Part shown: positions 30,136 to 40,429 of the stretch, one piece after another
Layout: the number at the start of each line of letters is the position of its first letter
Position numbering within the stretch: the stretch's first letter is position 1
Assembly: GCA_963725665.1 (NCBI GenBank)
Contig: CAVRZA010000003.1
Span: forward strand, 234,894-298,893
Source: an uncultured Actinomycetes bacterium
GTDB lineage: Bacteria > Actinomycetota > Thermoleophilia > UBA2241
Direction of reading: 5' to 3'
Length of the DNA stretch: 64,000 bases
Notes under the pieces: generated by a model
The model's database searches: none
What the model was told of the DNA's origin: nothing
Seen by the model: only the letters and a program-made list of their open reading frames with translations
Position numbers and translations under genes: made by a program

Positions 30136-30292
30136 CTTCCAGGACCTCCACGTACGAAGCCGGTGTGTGAGAGCTGATTCTAACCCTCGCGGCGACCGAG
30201 ACAACCGGTTGGCCGCCTCAGTGGGCCTTTTGCGCCCGTTGGGCAAGTCTGCTACAGTATCCGCCGCGTTTCGTCCCGAGAGAGGCCCTCAC

Positions 30293-30637
30293 GTGACCGT
30301 CATCGACAACATCGAGCGTCAGCAGCTGCGCGACGACATTCCGCAGTTCAAGGCCGGGGACACGGTCAAGATCCACTTCCGCGTTGTCGAGGGCAGCCGG
30401 CAGCGCACGCAGATCTTCCAGGGCATCGTGATCAAGCGCCAGGGCGCCGGCGTGCGCGAGACGTTTACCGTGCGCAAGCAGTCGTTCGGCGTCGGCGTCG
30501 AGCGCACCTTCCCGCTGCATTCACCCAAGATCGAGAAGATCGAGGTCGTCATGATCGGCGACGTGCGACGGGCGAAGCTCTACTACCTGCGCCAGAAGGT
30601 CGGCAAGCAGGCGAGGGTCCGCGAGAAGCAGCGCTAG
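30293..30637 (+). CDS. rplS: 50S ribosomal protein L19
   Basis: [10 protein letters not shown]...[21 protein letters not shown]...[10 protein letters not shown]. Confidence 0.98.
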   Translation: MTVIDNIERQQLRDDIPQFKAGDTVKIHFRVVEGSRQRTQIFQGIVIKRQGAGVRETFTVRKQSFGVGVERTFPLHSPKIEKIEVVMIGDVRRAKLYYLRQKVGKQARVREKQR

Positions 30638-30675
30638 TGGCCCCGTCCTCGGCGAGCCACGCACTCTAGAGCAAC

Positions 30676-31242
30676 GTGAGACGCAACGCGTTCGTCGACT
30701 ACGGCATCATCGCCGTCGTCGCCATCGCGCTCGCTCTGGGCATCCAGGGCTTCGTCGTCAAGCCGTACCGCATCCCGTCGCCCTCGATGAACGACACCCT
30801 GCTGCCGGGCGACCGGGTGCTCGTGAACCGCCTCCTCTACCACTTCCGTGACCCGCGGCGTGGTGACATCGTCGTCTTCACGTGGCCGGTCAACCGGAAA
30901 TACGTGTTCATCAAGCGCGTCATCGGCGTGCCCGGCGACACGATCTCGCTGGAAGGCGTGAGTGTCTACGTCAATGGCAGGCCGATCAGTGAACCCTACG
31001 TGCGCAAGGTCGACGGGGTGGCGGTACCCACCGAAGCGGCACCGGCGACCGCGGGCACAACGATGAGTCAGCCGTGGTCGTTGCAGCAGCCGTACAAGGT
31101 CCCGGCGGGTCAGTACTTCGTCATGGGGGACAACCGCACCGAGAGCGACGACAGCCGCGACTGGGGGCCGGTGCCGTCCGGCGACCTCATCGGTGAGTCC
31201 TTCATGATCTACTGGCCGCTCACTCGCATCCGCCTGATCTAG
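30676..31242 (+). CDS. lepB: Signal peptidase I
   Basis: IPSPSM, FIKRVIG, MGDNRTESDDSR. Confidence 0.95.
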   Translation: MRRNAFVDYGIIAVVAIALALGIQGFVVKPYRIPSPSMNDTLLPGDRVLVNRLLYHFRDPRRGDIVVFTWPVNRKYVFIKRVIGVPGDTISLEGVSVYVNGRPISEPYVRKVDGVAVPTEAAPATAGTTMSQPWSLQQPYKVPAGQYFVMGDNRTESDDSRDWGPVPSGDLIGESFMIYWPLTRIRLI

Positions 31243-31313
31243 CTCGTCCCAGACGCCTCTCGCCCAGCGCCTTGCGGGTGCGCTCGCTTTGCGGAAGTGG
31301 CTGCACAGACGCG

Positions 31314-31935
31314 ATGACTCCTGTACAATCGCCCGCGGCAGCCATGGGAAGCTCGAGCACCAACCAGGCCCCCAGAGGTGCGCGCTTGCGCCGCGCTGTT
31401 CTTTCGGCGCTGCTCGTCGTCCTCATGCTGGCCGCGCTTGGCCTGCTCATGGCGGGACTAGCGTTCGAGCACTTCTGGGTCCCCACGCCGTCGATGGCGG
31501 CCACGCTCACTCCCGGCGACCACGTCCTCGTCGACCGGCTGGCCTACCGTGTCAAGGCACCACAACGCGGCGACGTCGTCGTCTTTCACCCACCCGGCCA
31601 GGAGGCCGTCTACATCAAGCGCATCATCGGCGTGCCCGGCGACACGATCTCGCTGCGCGATGGAGCGGTGTACGTGAACGGAGCGTCGGCTGGACGAACC
31701 GTACGTCAAAGAGAGCGCAGGTGCGCTGGAGCGCACCGACCCGTGGTCGTCCGACGACCCCGCGTCGTGGTCCCTTGTCACGCCTTACGTTGTCCCGGCC
31801 GGCAACTATTTCGTCATGGGCGATAACCGCACCGACTCGGACGACAGCCGCGACTGGGGGCCGGTGCCGAGCGCGGCGATCCTGGGTGAGGCTGTGGTCA
31901 CCTTCTGGCCTCTCGGACACCTGCGCCTCCTATAG
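31314..31935 (+). CDS. lepB: Second signal peptidase I (frameshift near 31690)
   Basis: VPTPSM and YIKRIIG in one frame, FVMGDNRTDSDDSRDWG in the next. Confidence 0.85.
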
Positions 31936-31945
31936 GCGGCGTGCG

Positions 31946-32686
31946 GTGAACGAGCGCTTCGCCTACGACCTCGAGGTGGCGGGGCGTGGCCTCGTCGCCG
32001 GCGCGGACGAGGCCGGACGCGGTTCTCTCGCAGGCCCCCTGCTGGCCGCCGCCGTGCTCTTCGACTATGCACGCTGGAGCGACGACGACTTCACCGCGCT
32101 CGAGGCTCTCGACGACTCCAAACGCCACACGCGCGAGCGACGCGAAGTGCTGTACGGGCTGGTCGTCGCCCGTGCCCGCCAGATCGCGGTCGTCTCCTGC
32201 TCGTCGCGGTCGATCGACGACCGCGGCCTGCACCGCTGCAACCTGTTCGCGCTCGAACGTGCCCTGTCGTCGCTCGCGCCGCGGCCCGACGTGGCGCTCG
32301 TCGACGGCTTCACCATCAAGGACAGCCCCGTGCCGCACCAGGGCCTCGTCGGAGGCGACGGCCGCAGCGCCGCCGTGGCCGCGGCGTCGATCGTCGCCAA
32401 GGTGGTGCGCGACCGGCTGATGGTGACCATGCACGAGCGCTGGCCGTCGTGGGGCTTCGACGAGAACGTGGGCTACGCTACGCCGGGACACCACGCGGCG
32501 ATCCTCGAGCACGGGCTGGTCGACCTGCACCGGCGCTCGTTCCAGAGCGTCGCCTACCAGCAGCTCGAGCTGGGCTTCGTCCCCCCCGACGAGCTCGCCG
32601 ACAGGCTCGACCGCGAGCTCGACGAGGAGATCCCGGAGGGGTTCGCCGCCGAGGAGGCTTCAGTGTCGGAGGCGCCCGTCTCCTGA
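31946..32686 (+). CDS. rnhB: Ribonuclease HII
   Basis: GADEAGRG, DDSK, LVDG, AAASIVAKVVRD, HRRSF. Confidence 0.95.
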   Translation: MNERFAYDLEVAGRGLVAGADEAGRGSLAGPLLAAAVLFDYARWSDDDFTALEALDDSKRHTRERREVLYGLVVARARQIAVVSCSSRSIDDRGLHRCNLFALERALSSLAPRPDVALVDGFTIKDSPVPHQGLVGGDGRSAAVAAASIVAKVVRDRLMVTMHERWPSWGFDENVGYATPGHHAAILEHGLVDLHRRSFQSVAYQQLELGFVPPDELADRLDRELDEEIPEGFAAEEASVSEAPVS

Positions 32687-32813
32687 CCGGCCGGGACCGC
32701 CTCGAGTCCCGGGTAGACGTTCCGCGCTACGTCATCCACCTCTGATGCCGGCTGCGTTCCTCCGTCGTGGACCCGGCGCTACAGTCGTCTTGGTCCCCTG
32801 TTCGGAGGTGCCC

Positions 32814-33179
32814 GTGACCAAAGCCACACGTGAGTTCGGCCGGGCGGCCGAGGAGCTCGCCGTCGCCTACTTGCGTCGCCAGGCCTACCGCGTGCTGGCC
32901 GTCAACCAGCGCGTCGGCCGTGGCGAGCTCGACGTGATCGCGCGCCGCGACGGGGTGCTGGTGTTCGTCGAAGTCAAGGCGCGCCGCAGCGTGAGCTGCG
33001 GCGCGCCCGAAGACGCCGTCACGCAACGCAAGCGCGTCCAGATCGCACGCCTGGCCGAGCTCTGGCTGGCGACGCATCCGCGGGCGCTGGCCGGTGTGCA
33101 CGATGTGCGCTTCGACGTCATCGCCGTCGACGCTCAGCGCCTGCCGCCGCGGATCAGACACCTCGAAGCGGCCTTCTAG
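32814..33179 (+). CDS. yraN: YraN (UPF0102) family protein
   Basis: GELDVIA..LVFVEVKAR..RFDVI. Confidence 0.93.
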   Translation: MTKATREFGRAAEELAVAYLRRQAYRVLAVNQRVGRGELDVIARRDGVLVFVEVKARRSVSCGAPEDAVTQRKRVQIARLAELWLATHPRALAGVHDVRFDVIAVDAQRLPPRIRHLEAAF

Positions 33180-33189
33180 AGCGGCAGCC

Positions 33190-34725
33190 GTGCTCGCGCG
33201 CATCGCCAGCGAAGCCCTGTTCGGGCTCGAGAGCCACGCCGTCGACGTCGAGGCCGACGTCGTGGCGGCCGCTCCCGCGTTCACCATCGTCGGGCTGCCC
33301 GACGCCGCCGTGCAGGAGAGCCGCGAGCGCGTGCGCGCCGCGATCGTCAACTCGAGCTACGAGTTCCCTTCGCGGCGCATCACCGTCAACCTCGCGCCCG
33401 CCGATCTGCGCAAGGAAGGTCCGTCGTTCGACCTGCCCATCGCGCTCGCCTTCCTGCTCGCCACGAGCCAGGCGAGCGCGCGTGCACGGCGCGTGGCCGC
33501 CGTCGGCGAGCTCGGTCTCGACGGTTCGGTGCGACCAGTGAGCGGCGTCCTCGCACTCGCCGAGAGCGCGCGACGGCGAGGCGTCGGCGCGCTGCTGCTG
33601 CCGCTGGCCAACGCCCGTGAGGCGGCGCTCGTCGAGGGACTCGAAGTGCTGCCCGTGGCGACTCTGCGCGAGGCGGCCACGGCGCTTGAGCGCGGCGACG
33701 GCGAGCGGCGGGTGTCGGTCTGCGCCGAGGAGCTGCTGGCCGTCGCCGCGCTCGACGACGTCGATATGGCCGACGTCGTGGGCCAGGAACACGCCAAACG
33801 GGCGCTCGAAGTCGCGGTCGCTGGGGCGCACAACGCGCTCATGGTGGGTCCACCGGGATCAGGCAAGACGATGCTCGCCCGCCGCCTGCCGTCGATCATG
33901 CCGCGCCTGACCGTCGACGAGGCGATCGAAGTGACGCGCATCTACAGCGTCGCCGGCCTGCTTCCGGCCGACACGCCGCTCATCGCCCGGCGACCCTTTC
34001 GCGCGCCGCACCACACGATCTCGAGCGCCGGCCTCGTCGGCGGCGGCGCCACGCCACGCCCGGGTGAGGTGAGCCTCGCCCACCTCGGCGTGCTCTTCCT
34101 CGACGAGTTCCCCGAGTTCCGCCTCTCCTCGCTCGAGGCCCTGCGTCAGCCTCTCGAAGACGGGCATGTCACCATCTCGCGCGCCCTCACGTCTCTCACG
34201 TTCCCGGCGCGCATGATGCTGGTGGCCGCGATGAACCCTTGTCCCTGCGGCTTTCGGGGGGATGCGGAGCGAGAGTGCAGCTGTCCGGCGCACCGGTTGA
34301 TCCAGTACGGCAGCAAGCTGAGCGGACCGCTGCTCGACCGCGTCGACCTCCAGGTCGAGGTGGCTCGGCTGCCGCCGCGCGAGCAGCGCGGACGCAGCGG
34401 GGGAGAGGTGTCCGCGTCGACCAGGGAGCGCGTGGCGGCGGCCCGCAGGCGGCAGCTCCACCGGCTCGCCGGCACGGGGGCCTACGCCAACGGGCACATG
34501 ACGGCGCGGCAGGTGCGGCGCCTCTGCCGCGCCGAGCCGGCGGCCACCGACCTCCTCGATCGGGCGTACGAGCGCCTGCGGCTCACGGCGCGCGCCTGCG
34601 ACCGCGTGCTGAAGGTCGCGCGCACCATCGCCGATCTCGAGGGCTCAGACGGCATTCGTCAGGCGCACGTCTCGGAGGCCCTCTCGTACCGCCGCCGCTG
34701 GTCGCGGCCGTCGCTGTCGCCGTGA
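33190..34725 (+). CDS. comM: YifB/ComM Mg-chelatase-like AAA+ ATPase
   Basis: IVGLPD, NLAPADLRKEG, GPPGSGKTM, PFRAPHH, GVLFLDE, NPCPCG. Confidence 0.95.
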   Translation: MLARIASEALFGLESHAVDVEADVVAAAPAFTIVGLPDAAVQESRERVRAAIVNSSYEFPSRRITVNLAPADLRKEGPSFDLPIALAFLLATSQASARARRVAAVGELGLDGSVRPVSGVLALAESARRRGVGALLLPLANAREAALVEGLEVLPVATLREAATALERGDGERRVSVCAEELLAVAALDDVDMADVVGQEHAKRALEVAVAGAHNALMVGPPGSGKTMLARRLPSIMPRLTVDEAIEVTRIYSVAGLLPADTPLIARRPFRAPHHTISSAGLVGGGATPRPGEVSLAHLGVLFLDEFPEFRLSSLEALRQPLEDGHVTISRALTSLTFPARMMLVAAMNPCPCGFRGDAERECSCPAHRLIQYGSKLSGPLLDRVDLQVEVARLPPREQRGRSGGEVSASTRERVAAARRRQLHRLAGTGAYANGHMTARQVRRLCRAEPAATDLLDRAYERLRLTARACDRVLKVARTIADLEGSDGIRQAHVSEALSYRRRWSRPSLSP

Positions 34726-35942
34726 CGCAAGGCGGCGAGGGAGGAGCCGGCCACGAGGTCGAGGGTCCGCCGGCGACGAAACGACGGCCGGGGTCACGAG
34801 AGCTGCTCCGGCGGCGCCGGCGCTGCCTCGATCTGGTCGGGCTGGTGACCGAGCGTCCGAGCGCCTACGGTCCGCTGCTGCGGCGCATGGGCGGGCTCGA
34901 TGCGCTGTTGTCGCAGCGCGAGCTCGACATCGGCGCCGAGTCATCTGGCGAGCCGCTCGAGCGCCACGAGGCTCCAGTTTGCGAGCGGCTCGAGGTTCCG
35001 GCTCGCGACTCGCTCGAGACGCCGGCCGCGGAGCGGCTGTCGATCACCTACGTCGACGAGGGCTACCCGCCCCTTCTGGCCGACCTGTTCGATCCGCCTC
35101 CGGCGCTGTTCGTCGTGGGCGCGCGAGCTGCCGGCGACCTGGCGCCGCTGGCGCGCCTGCCGCTGGTGGCCGTGGTCGGCACGCGCGCCCCGTCGCGCTA
35201 CGGACGCGAGATGGCCGACGCCGTCGCGAGGGGTCTCGCGCAGGCCGGCGTCTGCGTCGTGAGCGGGCTCGCCCTGGGCATCGACGCGCTCGTCCACCGC
35301 GCGGCGCTCGCGACGAAGTCGGCGTCACTGCCCACTGTGGCGGTGCTCGGCTGCGGAGCCGACGTCGTCTACCCGCGCACCAACGCGCGCCTCTACGACG
35401 AGGTGGCCCGCCGCGGCCTGATCGTCTCTGAGTATCCGTGGGGCACCCCCACCCGTCCCTGGCGCTTTCCCGCCCGCAACCGCATCATCGCCGGGCTGAG
35501 CCGCGCCGTGGTGGTCGTCGAAGGTGCGGCCGACAGCGGCGCGCTCTTCACGGCCGAGTACGCGCTCGACGCCGGGCGACCGGTCTTCGCCGTCCCCGGC
35601 GAGGCGGGGCGCCGCCTCTCGGCGGCGCCCCACGGACTGCTGCGCGCCGGCGCGCATGTGTGTGAGTCGGCGGCCGATGTGCTCTCGCTGCTCGGGCTCG
35701 AGGCGGGCGGGCCGGCATGGTCCGGACCGCCCGCGGCGATGATCCCCGAAGGCGACGCGCTGTGCGTGGCGCTCCTACGCGCGCTCGACGACGACGAGGC
35801 GAGCGTCGATGCCCTCGTGGCCCGCCTAGGCGCCGCCGCGCCGTCCGTGACGGCGGCTCTCAGCCTGCTCGAGGTCGAGGGGCTGGTGACCGCGACGGGC
35901 GGTCGTTACCGGTTGGTGCGCGGCGGCCGGCGGAAGGACTAG
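34722..35942 (+). CDS. dprA: DNA-processing protein DprA
   Basis: VAVVGTR, VSGLALGID, FPARNRIIAGLS, VFAVPG. Confidence 0.95.
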   Translation: MTQGGEGGAGHEVEGPPATKRRPGSRELLRRRRRCLDLVGLVTERPSAYGPLLRRMGGLDALLSQRELDIGAESSGEPLERHEAPVCERLEVPARDSLETPAAERLSITYVDEGYPPLLADLFDPPPALFVVGARAAGDLAPLARLPLVAVVGTRAPSRYGREMADAVARGLAQAGVCVVSGLALGIDALVHRAALATKSASLPTVAVLGCGADVVYPRTNARLYDEVARRGLIVSEYPWGTPTRPWRFPARNRIIAGLSRAVVVVEGAADSGALFTAEYALDAGRPVFAVPGEAGRRLSAAPHGLLRAGAHVCESAADVLSLLGLEAGGPAWSGPPAAMIPEGDALCVALLRALDDDEASVDALVARLGAAAPSVTAALSLLEVEGLVTATGGRYRLVRGGRRKD

Positions 35943-36021
35943 GCGGCGCCCTCGGCGAACAGGTCAGCGCAGGCAGGCGAGCGACCAGCGCGGGGGTCCC
36001 ACGACGAACAAGGCATTCACG

Positions 36022-37062
36022 GTGGCGGGCGCCGGGGGCGCCGCGCAGCCGCCCCCCCGGCGCCCGCCACCGGGCGACTCCGACGATGCCGACGCGCGTC
36101 TCGCCGACGATGCCGACGCGCGTCTCGCCGACGATGCCGACGCGCGTCTCGCCGCGGACCCCGACGGCGAGCTCGCCGCCTTCGCGCGCTCGCTCGCCGT
36201 CCGCGGCCTGTCGGCGGCGACGCTGCGCTCCTACCGCTCCGACCTGACCGACCTGCTCGCGTGGCTGGCCGGCCGCGGCCTGACCGTGGCAGCTCTCGAC
36301 CGGCGACTCGTGAGGGGCTTCGCCGGTCACCTCGGCCGTCGCGGCTACGCGCCCAGCAGTCTCGCGCGCAAGCTCTCGTCGCTGCGCGTGTTCTGCGCCT
36401 TCCTCGCCGACCGTGGTGTGATCGCCGCCGACCCGTCGCTATCGCTCCCCGGACCACGGCGCCGGCGCCGCCTGCCGCGGACGGTGCGTGCCGACGAGGT
36501 CGTTGCGCTGCTCAACGCGACGACTGGCGGCGATCCCCTGGCGCTGCGCGACCGGGTCGTCTTCGAGCTCCTCTACGGATGCGGCCTGCGCAGTCAGGAG
36601 CTCGTGGCGCTCGACCTCGGCGACGTGCACCTCGCCGGCGGGGAGCTGGTAGTGCGCGGCAAGGGCGGCAAGATGCGCATCGTGCCGCTCGGCGACGAGG
36701 CTGCCGCGGCCCTGCGCCGCTACCTCGCGCGGGGACGGCCGCACCTGGTCACCGACAGCGGCACGGTTCGCGCGCGCGGTCGCGTGGGGCGCCCGCTCCT
36801 CCTTACGAAGAGCGGCCGCACCCTGCTCACATCGGACATACGTAGGATTGCTGTAAAATACTCCCGCATAGCAGGCATAGACCGGGCGTCGCCCCACATG
36901 CTGAGGCACGCGTACGCGACGCACATGCTCGAGCACGGGGCAGACTTGCGTGCCATCCAGGAACTGCTCGGGCACAGCTCCGTCTCGACGACGCAGGTCT
37001 ACACGCACGTGAGCGGGGCCCATCTGAGGAGGGTGTACCAGCGGCATCACCCGAGGGCGTGA
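36022..37062 (+). CDS. xerC: XerC-like tyrosine recombinase
   Basis: LYGCGLR, GKGGK, HMLRH, QELLGH, TQVY, HPRA; housekeeping position after dprA; start uncertain. Confidence 0.88.
   Translation: MAGAGGAAQPPPRRPPPGDSDDADARLADDADARLADDADARLAADPDGELAAFARSLAVRGLSAATLRSYRSDLTDLLAWLAGRGLTVAALDRRLVRGFAGHLGRRGYAPSSLARKLSSLRVFCAFLADRGVIAADPSLSLPGPRRRRRLPRTVRADEVVALLNATTGGDPLALRDRVVFELLYGCGLRSQELVALDLGDVHLAGGELVVRGKGGKMRIVPLGDEAAAALRRYLARGRPHLVTDSGTVRARGRVGRPLLLTKSGRTLLTSDIRRIAVKYSRIAGIDRASPHMLRHAYATHMLEHGADLRAIQELLGHSSVSTTQVYTHVSGAHLRRVYQRHHPRA
36082..36153 (+). repeat. 3 x 24-bp perfect tandem repeat (DDADARLA)
   Basis: GACGATGCCGACGCGCGTCTCGCC x3. Confidence 0.9.
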
Positions 37063-37104
37063 AGGTAGTGGGCACTATCGTGCGTCGCGGGGAACCCTAG
37101 GATC

Positions 37105-37896
37105 ATGAACCGGCTCGACGACACCAAGGCACGCGAACTGTGGCACAAGTTCAAGGACGAGCAGGACCAGGACGCGCGCAACCGCCTGATCCTCGCCTAC
37201 GCTCCGCTGGTGAAGTACGTGGCGGGGCGCATGAGCAGCGGCCTTCCGGCGCACATCGAGGAGGCCGACCTCATCAGCTACGGCCTGCTCGGCCTGATCG
37301 GCGCCCTGGAGCGCTTCGACCCCTCGCGTGAGATCAAGTTCGAGACCTACGCCATCGCGCGCATCAAAGGGTCGATCATCGACGAGCTGCGCTCGCTCGA
37401 CTGGGTGCCGCGCTCGGTGCGCAGCAAGGCGCGTGAGATCGAGAAGGTGATCGCCCTGCTCGAGACGCGCCTGCACAGGGCGCCGACCGACGACGAGATC
37501 GCCAGGGAGCTCGGCATGCAGGACGACGAGTTCCAGGCCACCCTCACACAGATCTCCAACACCTCGATCGTCGCCCTCGACGAGCTCTGGGCGATCTCGG
37601 GCTCCGATGGCGACACCGCCTCGCTCATCGACACGCTCGAGGATCCCAAGGCGCGCGACCCCTCGCGCATGCTCGACGTGACGGAGATGAAGTCGCGCCT
37701 CGCCTCGGCCATCGACGCCCTACCCAAGCGCGAGAAGATCGTCATCGCGCTCTACTACTACGAGAACCTGACGCTGCGCGAGATCGGCGAGGTCCTGGGC
37801 GTCACCGAGTCGCGCATCTCGCAGCTACACACGAAGGCCATCCTGCGCCTCAAGGGCCGGCTGCGCGACGAGATCGAGCCGGCGGCCATCGGCTAG
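37105..37896 (+). CDS. whiG: FliA/WhiG-family sigma factor
   Basis: [39 protein letters not shown]. Confidence 0.9.
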   Translation: MNRLDDTKARELWHKFKDEQDQDARNRLILAYAPLVKYVAGRMSSGLPAHIEEADLISYGLLGLIGALERFDPSREIKFETYAIARIKGSIIDELRSLDWVPRSVRSKAREIEKVIALLETRLHRAPTDDEIARELGMQDDEFQATLTQISNTSIVALDELWAISGSDGDTASLIDTLEDPKARDPSRMLDVTEMKSRLASAIDALPKREKIVIALYYYENLTLREIGEVLGVTESRISQLHTKAILRLKGRLRDEIEPAAIG

Positions 37897-38090
37897 CGGT
37901 CTTCCGCCGGCGCGCCACCCGCCCACCGACCCGCCCGCCTAGCACGCATGGTCGCACGACCCCTGTGGTAGAATACCTGGCCGTTGCCCACCCACGACCC
38001 GGCGGTCCACAGGCCCGTGGCGGTGCCCCCTCGGGGATCCACCGGCCTCCGCCGGCAGACAGCGTCGAAACCGTTTCAAGGAGGCATCCC

Positions 38091-39703
38091 GTGCCGGTAG
38101 TCAGCATGAAGGAGCTGCTGCAAAGCGGCGTCCACTTCGGCCACCAGACCCGCCGTTGGAACCCCAAGATGAAGCCCTACATCTTCACCGAGCGGGGCGG
38201 CATCTACATCATCGATCTGCAGAAGACGAGCGCGCTTCTCGACGAGGCACACGACTTCCTGCGCAACATCGCCGAGCGGAACGGCACGGTGCTCTTCGTA
38301 GGCACCAAGAAGCAGTGCCAGGACTCCATCAAGGAGGAGGCCGCGCGCGTCGGCATGCCTTACGTCGCGACGCGCTGGCTGGGTGGCCTGCTGACCAACT
38401 TCGCCACGCTCTCGAAGCGCATCCGGCGCCTCCACGAGCTGCGCAAGCTGGTCGAGGACGGCTCCCTCGACGTCTTGCCGACGCGCGAGGCGATGCGCAT
38501 GCGCGGCGAGCTCGAGAAGCTCGAGACCAACCTCAGTGGCGTGGCCGACATGGACCGCCTGCCCGACGCTGTGTTCGTCATCGACCCGCGCAAAGAGGCC
38601 ATCGTCGTGCGCGAGGCGAACAAGCTGAAGATCCCCATCGTGGGCCTCGTCGATACGAACTGCGACCCCGACGAGATCACCTACGTCATCGCCGGCAACG
38701 ACGACGCCATCCGTTCCTGCTCACTCATCGTGCGCGTGGTCGCCGAGGCTGTGGCCGAGGGCAAGCAGAAGGTCGCCGAGGCCGAGTTCCGCGCCGCCGC
38801 GGCCGCGGCCGCCGAGAAGCCCGAACCCGCGCTTGCCGACGCGCTGGGTGAGGGTGAGGCGAAGCCGGTCGAGTCACGTGCCGCGCGCCCCGACCGTCCG
38901 CCAGTGAGGACCGACCGTCCGCCCGCGAGGACCGACCGTCCGCCCGCGAGGACCGACCGTCCGCCAGTGAGGACCGACCGTCCGCCTGTGCGGAGCGACC
39001 GTCCGCCGTGAGGACCGACCGTCCGCCCGCGAGGACCGACCGTCCGCCCGCGAGGACCGACCGTCCGCCCGCGAGGACCGACCGTCCGGGTGCGCGATCC
39101 GACCGTCCGCCCGCGAGGACTGACCGTCCGGCTGGTCCTCGGCCCGAACGACCGGCACCGCCCAGGGAGGCGCCGCCGGCGGCCGCCAAGCCGGCCGAGA
39201 AGGCCGCTGCGCCACCCGAGAAGGCCGCCGACGCCCCTGCTTCGGCACCTGTGAAAGAGCCGGCTGCGGAGGTCAAGGCGACCGAAGCTGTCGAGGCGAC
39301 CGAAGTTGTCGAGAAGGCGACCGAAGCGGCGACTGGCGCTCAGAAGCCGGCCAAGGCGACGGACGAGAAGCCCGAGATTGCTCCGGCGCCCGCCTCCGAG
39401 AAGCCGGCTGAGTCGACCTCCGAGAAGCCGGCTGAGTCGACCCACAAGAAGGCCGAGGCCGCTGCCGCCGAGAAGCCTGCTGCCGAAGCCACTGAGAAGC
39501 CTGCCGCCAGGGCGGCCGCGAAGAAGGATGAGTCTACCGTCGCCGAGAAGCCGGCCGCAAAGGCGAGGGCGAAGAAGGCTGCGCCGGCCGCCGAGGCTGT
39601 CGCGGCGGAGTCAGAGGCAGAGGCGGTCGGCGATCCGCCGGCAGACGCGCCCGAGGCCGTCGAGGCCGCGGACGCGTCGGCGGCGGAAGCGAGCGACAAG
39701 TAG
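38091..39703 (+). CDS. rpsB: 30S ribosomal protein S2 with long low-complexity C-terminal extension (1-nt frameshift near 39007)
   Basis: [39 protein letters not shown]; the repeat peptide continues across the frameshift. Confidence 0.93.
38892..39130 (+). repeat. About 11-12 copies of a 21-bp repeat (DRPPART)
   Basis: GACCGTCCGCCCGCGAGGACC units with minor variants. Confidence 0.92.
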
Positions 39704-39820
39704 CAGCCGGCACACCGAAGAGCTGCAGCCGCCACACCCGGGCGACGGGGCTACGCGGCTGACGAGAAGGCAAGGCAACCGGGCTTCGGGCCCGTACGAC
39801 CACAGAAGCGAGTTGATGAC

Positions 39821-40423
39821 ATGGCAGATATCAGCGCGAAGACGGTTAAGGAGCTCCGCGAGAAGACCGGGGCCGGCATGATGGACTGCAAGCAGGCCCT
39901 CGCCGAGACAGGCGGCGACTTGGAGAAGGCGGTCGACTCTCTGCGCCAGAAGGGCCTTGCCGCGGCGCAGAAGAAGAGCTCCCGCGTGACCAAGGAAGGG
40001 GCGATCGACTCCTACATCCACGCCGGCGGCAAGATCGGCGTGCTGGTCGAGGTCGGCGTCGAGACCGACTTCGTCGCGCGCAGCGACCCGTTCAAGGAGT
40101 TCACGCACGACCTGGCCATGCAGGTGGCGGCGTCGAACCCGCTTTGGGTGGAGCGCGAAGAGGTGCCCGACGAGGTCATCGAGCGCGAGAAGGCGATCTA
40201 CCGCGAGCAGGCCAAAGGCAAGCCCGACAACGTCGTCGAGAAGATGATCGAGGGCAAGCTGAGCAAGTTCTACGCCGATGTCTGTCTCATGGAGCAGCCG
40301 TTCGTCAAGGATCCCGACCGCACCGTCGAGCAGTTGCGCACCAACCTCGTCGGCATCATCGGCGAGAATGTCGAGGTGCGCCGTTTCGTGCGCTTTCAGC
40401 TCGGCGATAGCTCCGAGGACTAA
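39821..40423 (+). CDS. tsf: Elongation factor Ts (short form)
   Basis: VKELREKTGAGMMDCK, ETDFVA. Confidence 0.97.
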   Translation: MADISAKTVKELREKTGAGMMDCKQALAETGGDLEKAVDSLRQKGLAAAQKKSSRVTKEGAIDSYIHAGGKIGVLVEVGVETDFVARSDPFKEFTHDLAMQVAASNPLWVEREEVPDEVIEREKAIYREQAKGKPDNVVEKMIEGKLSKFYADVCLMEQPFVKDPDRTVEQLRTNLVGIIGENVEVRRFVRFQLGDSSED

Positions 40424-40429
40424 GGCGTC

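Noticed and set aside
8256-30292. Attachment-site or target-site duplications at the island ends
   Set aside because: No direct repeat was evident by eye between the post-trmD and pre-rplS regions, so the block is not called a mobile element.
36022-37062. Tyrosine recombinase as the island integrase
   Set aside because: It sits at the usual housekeeping position after dprA, about 6 kb outside the island, with XerC/D-like motifs.
38892-39130. CRISPR array
   Set aside because: Contiguous 21-bp coding repeats with no spacers and no cas genes.
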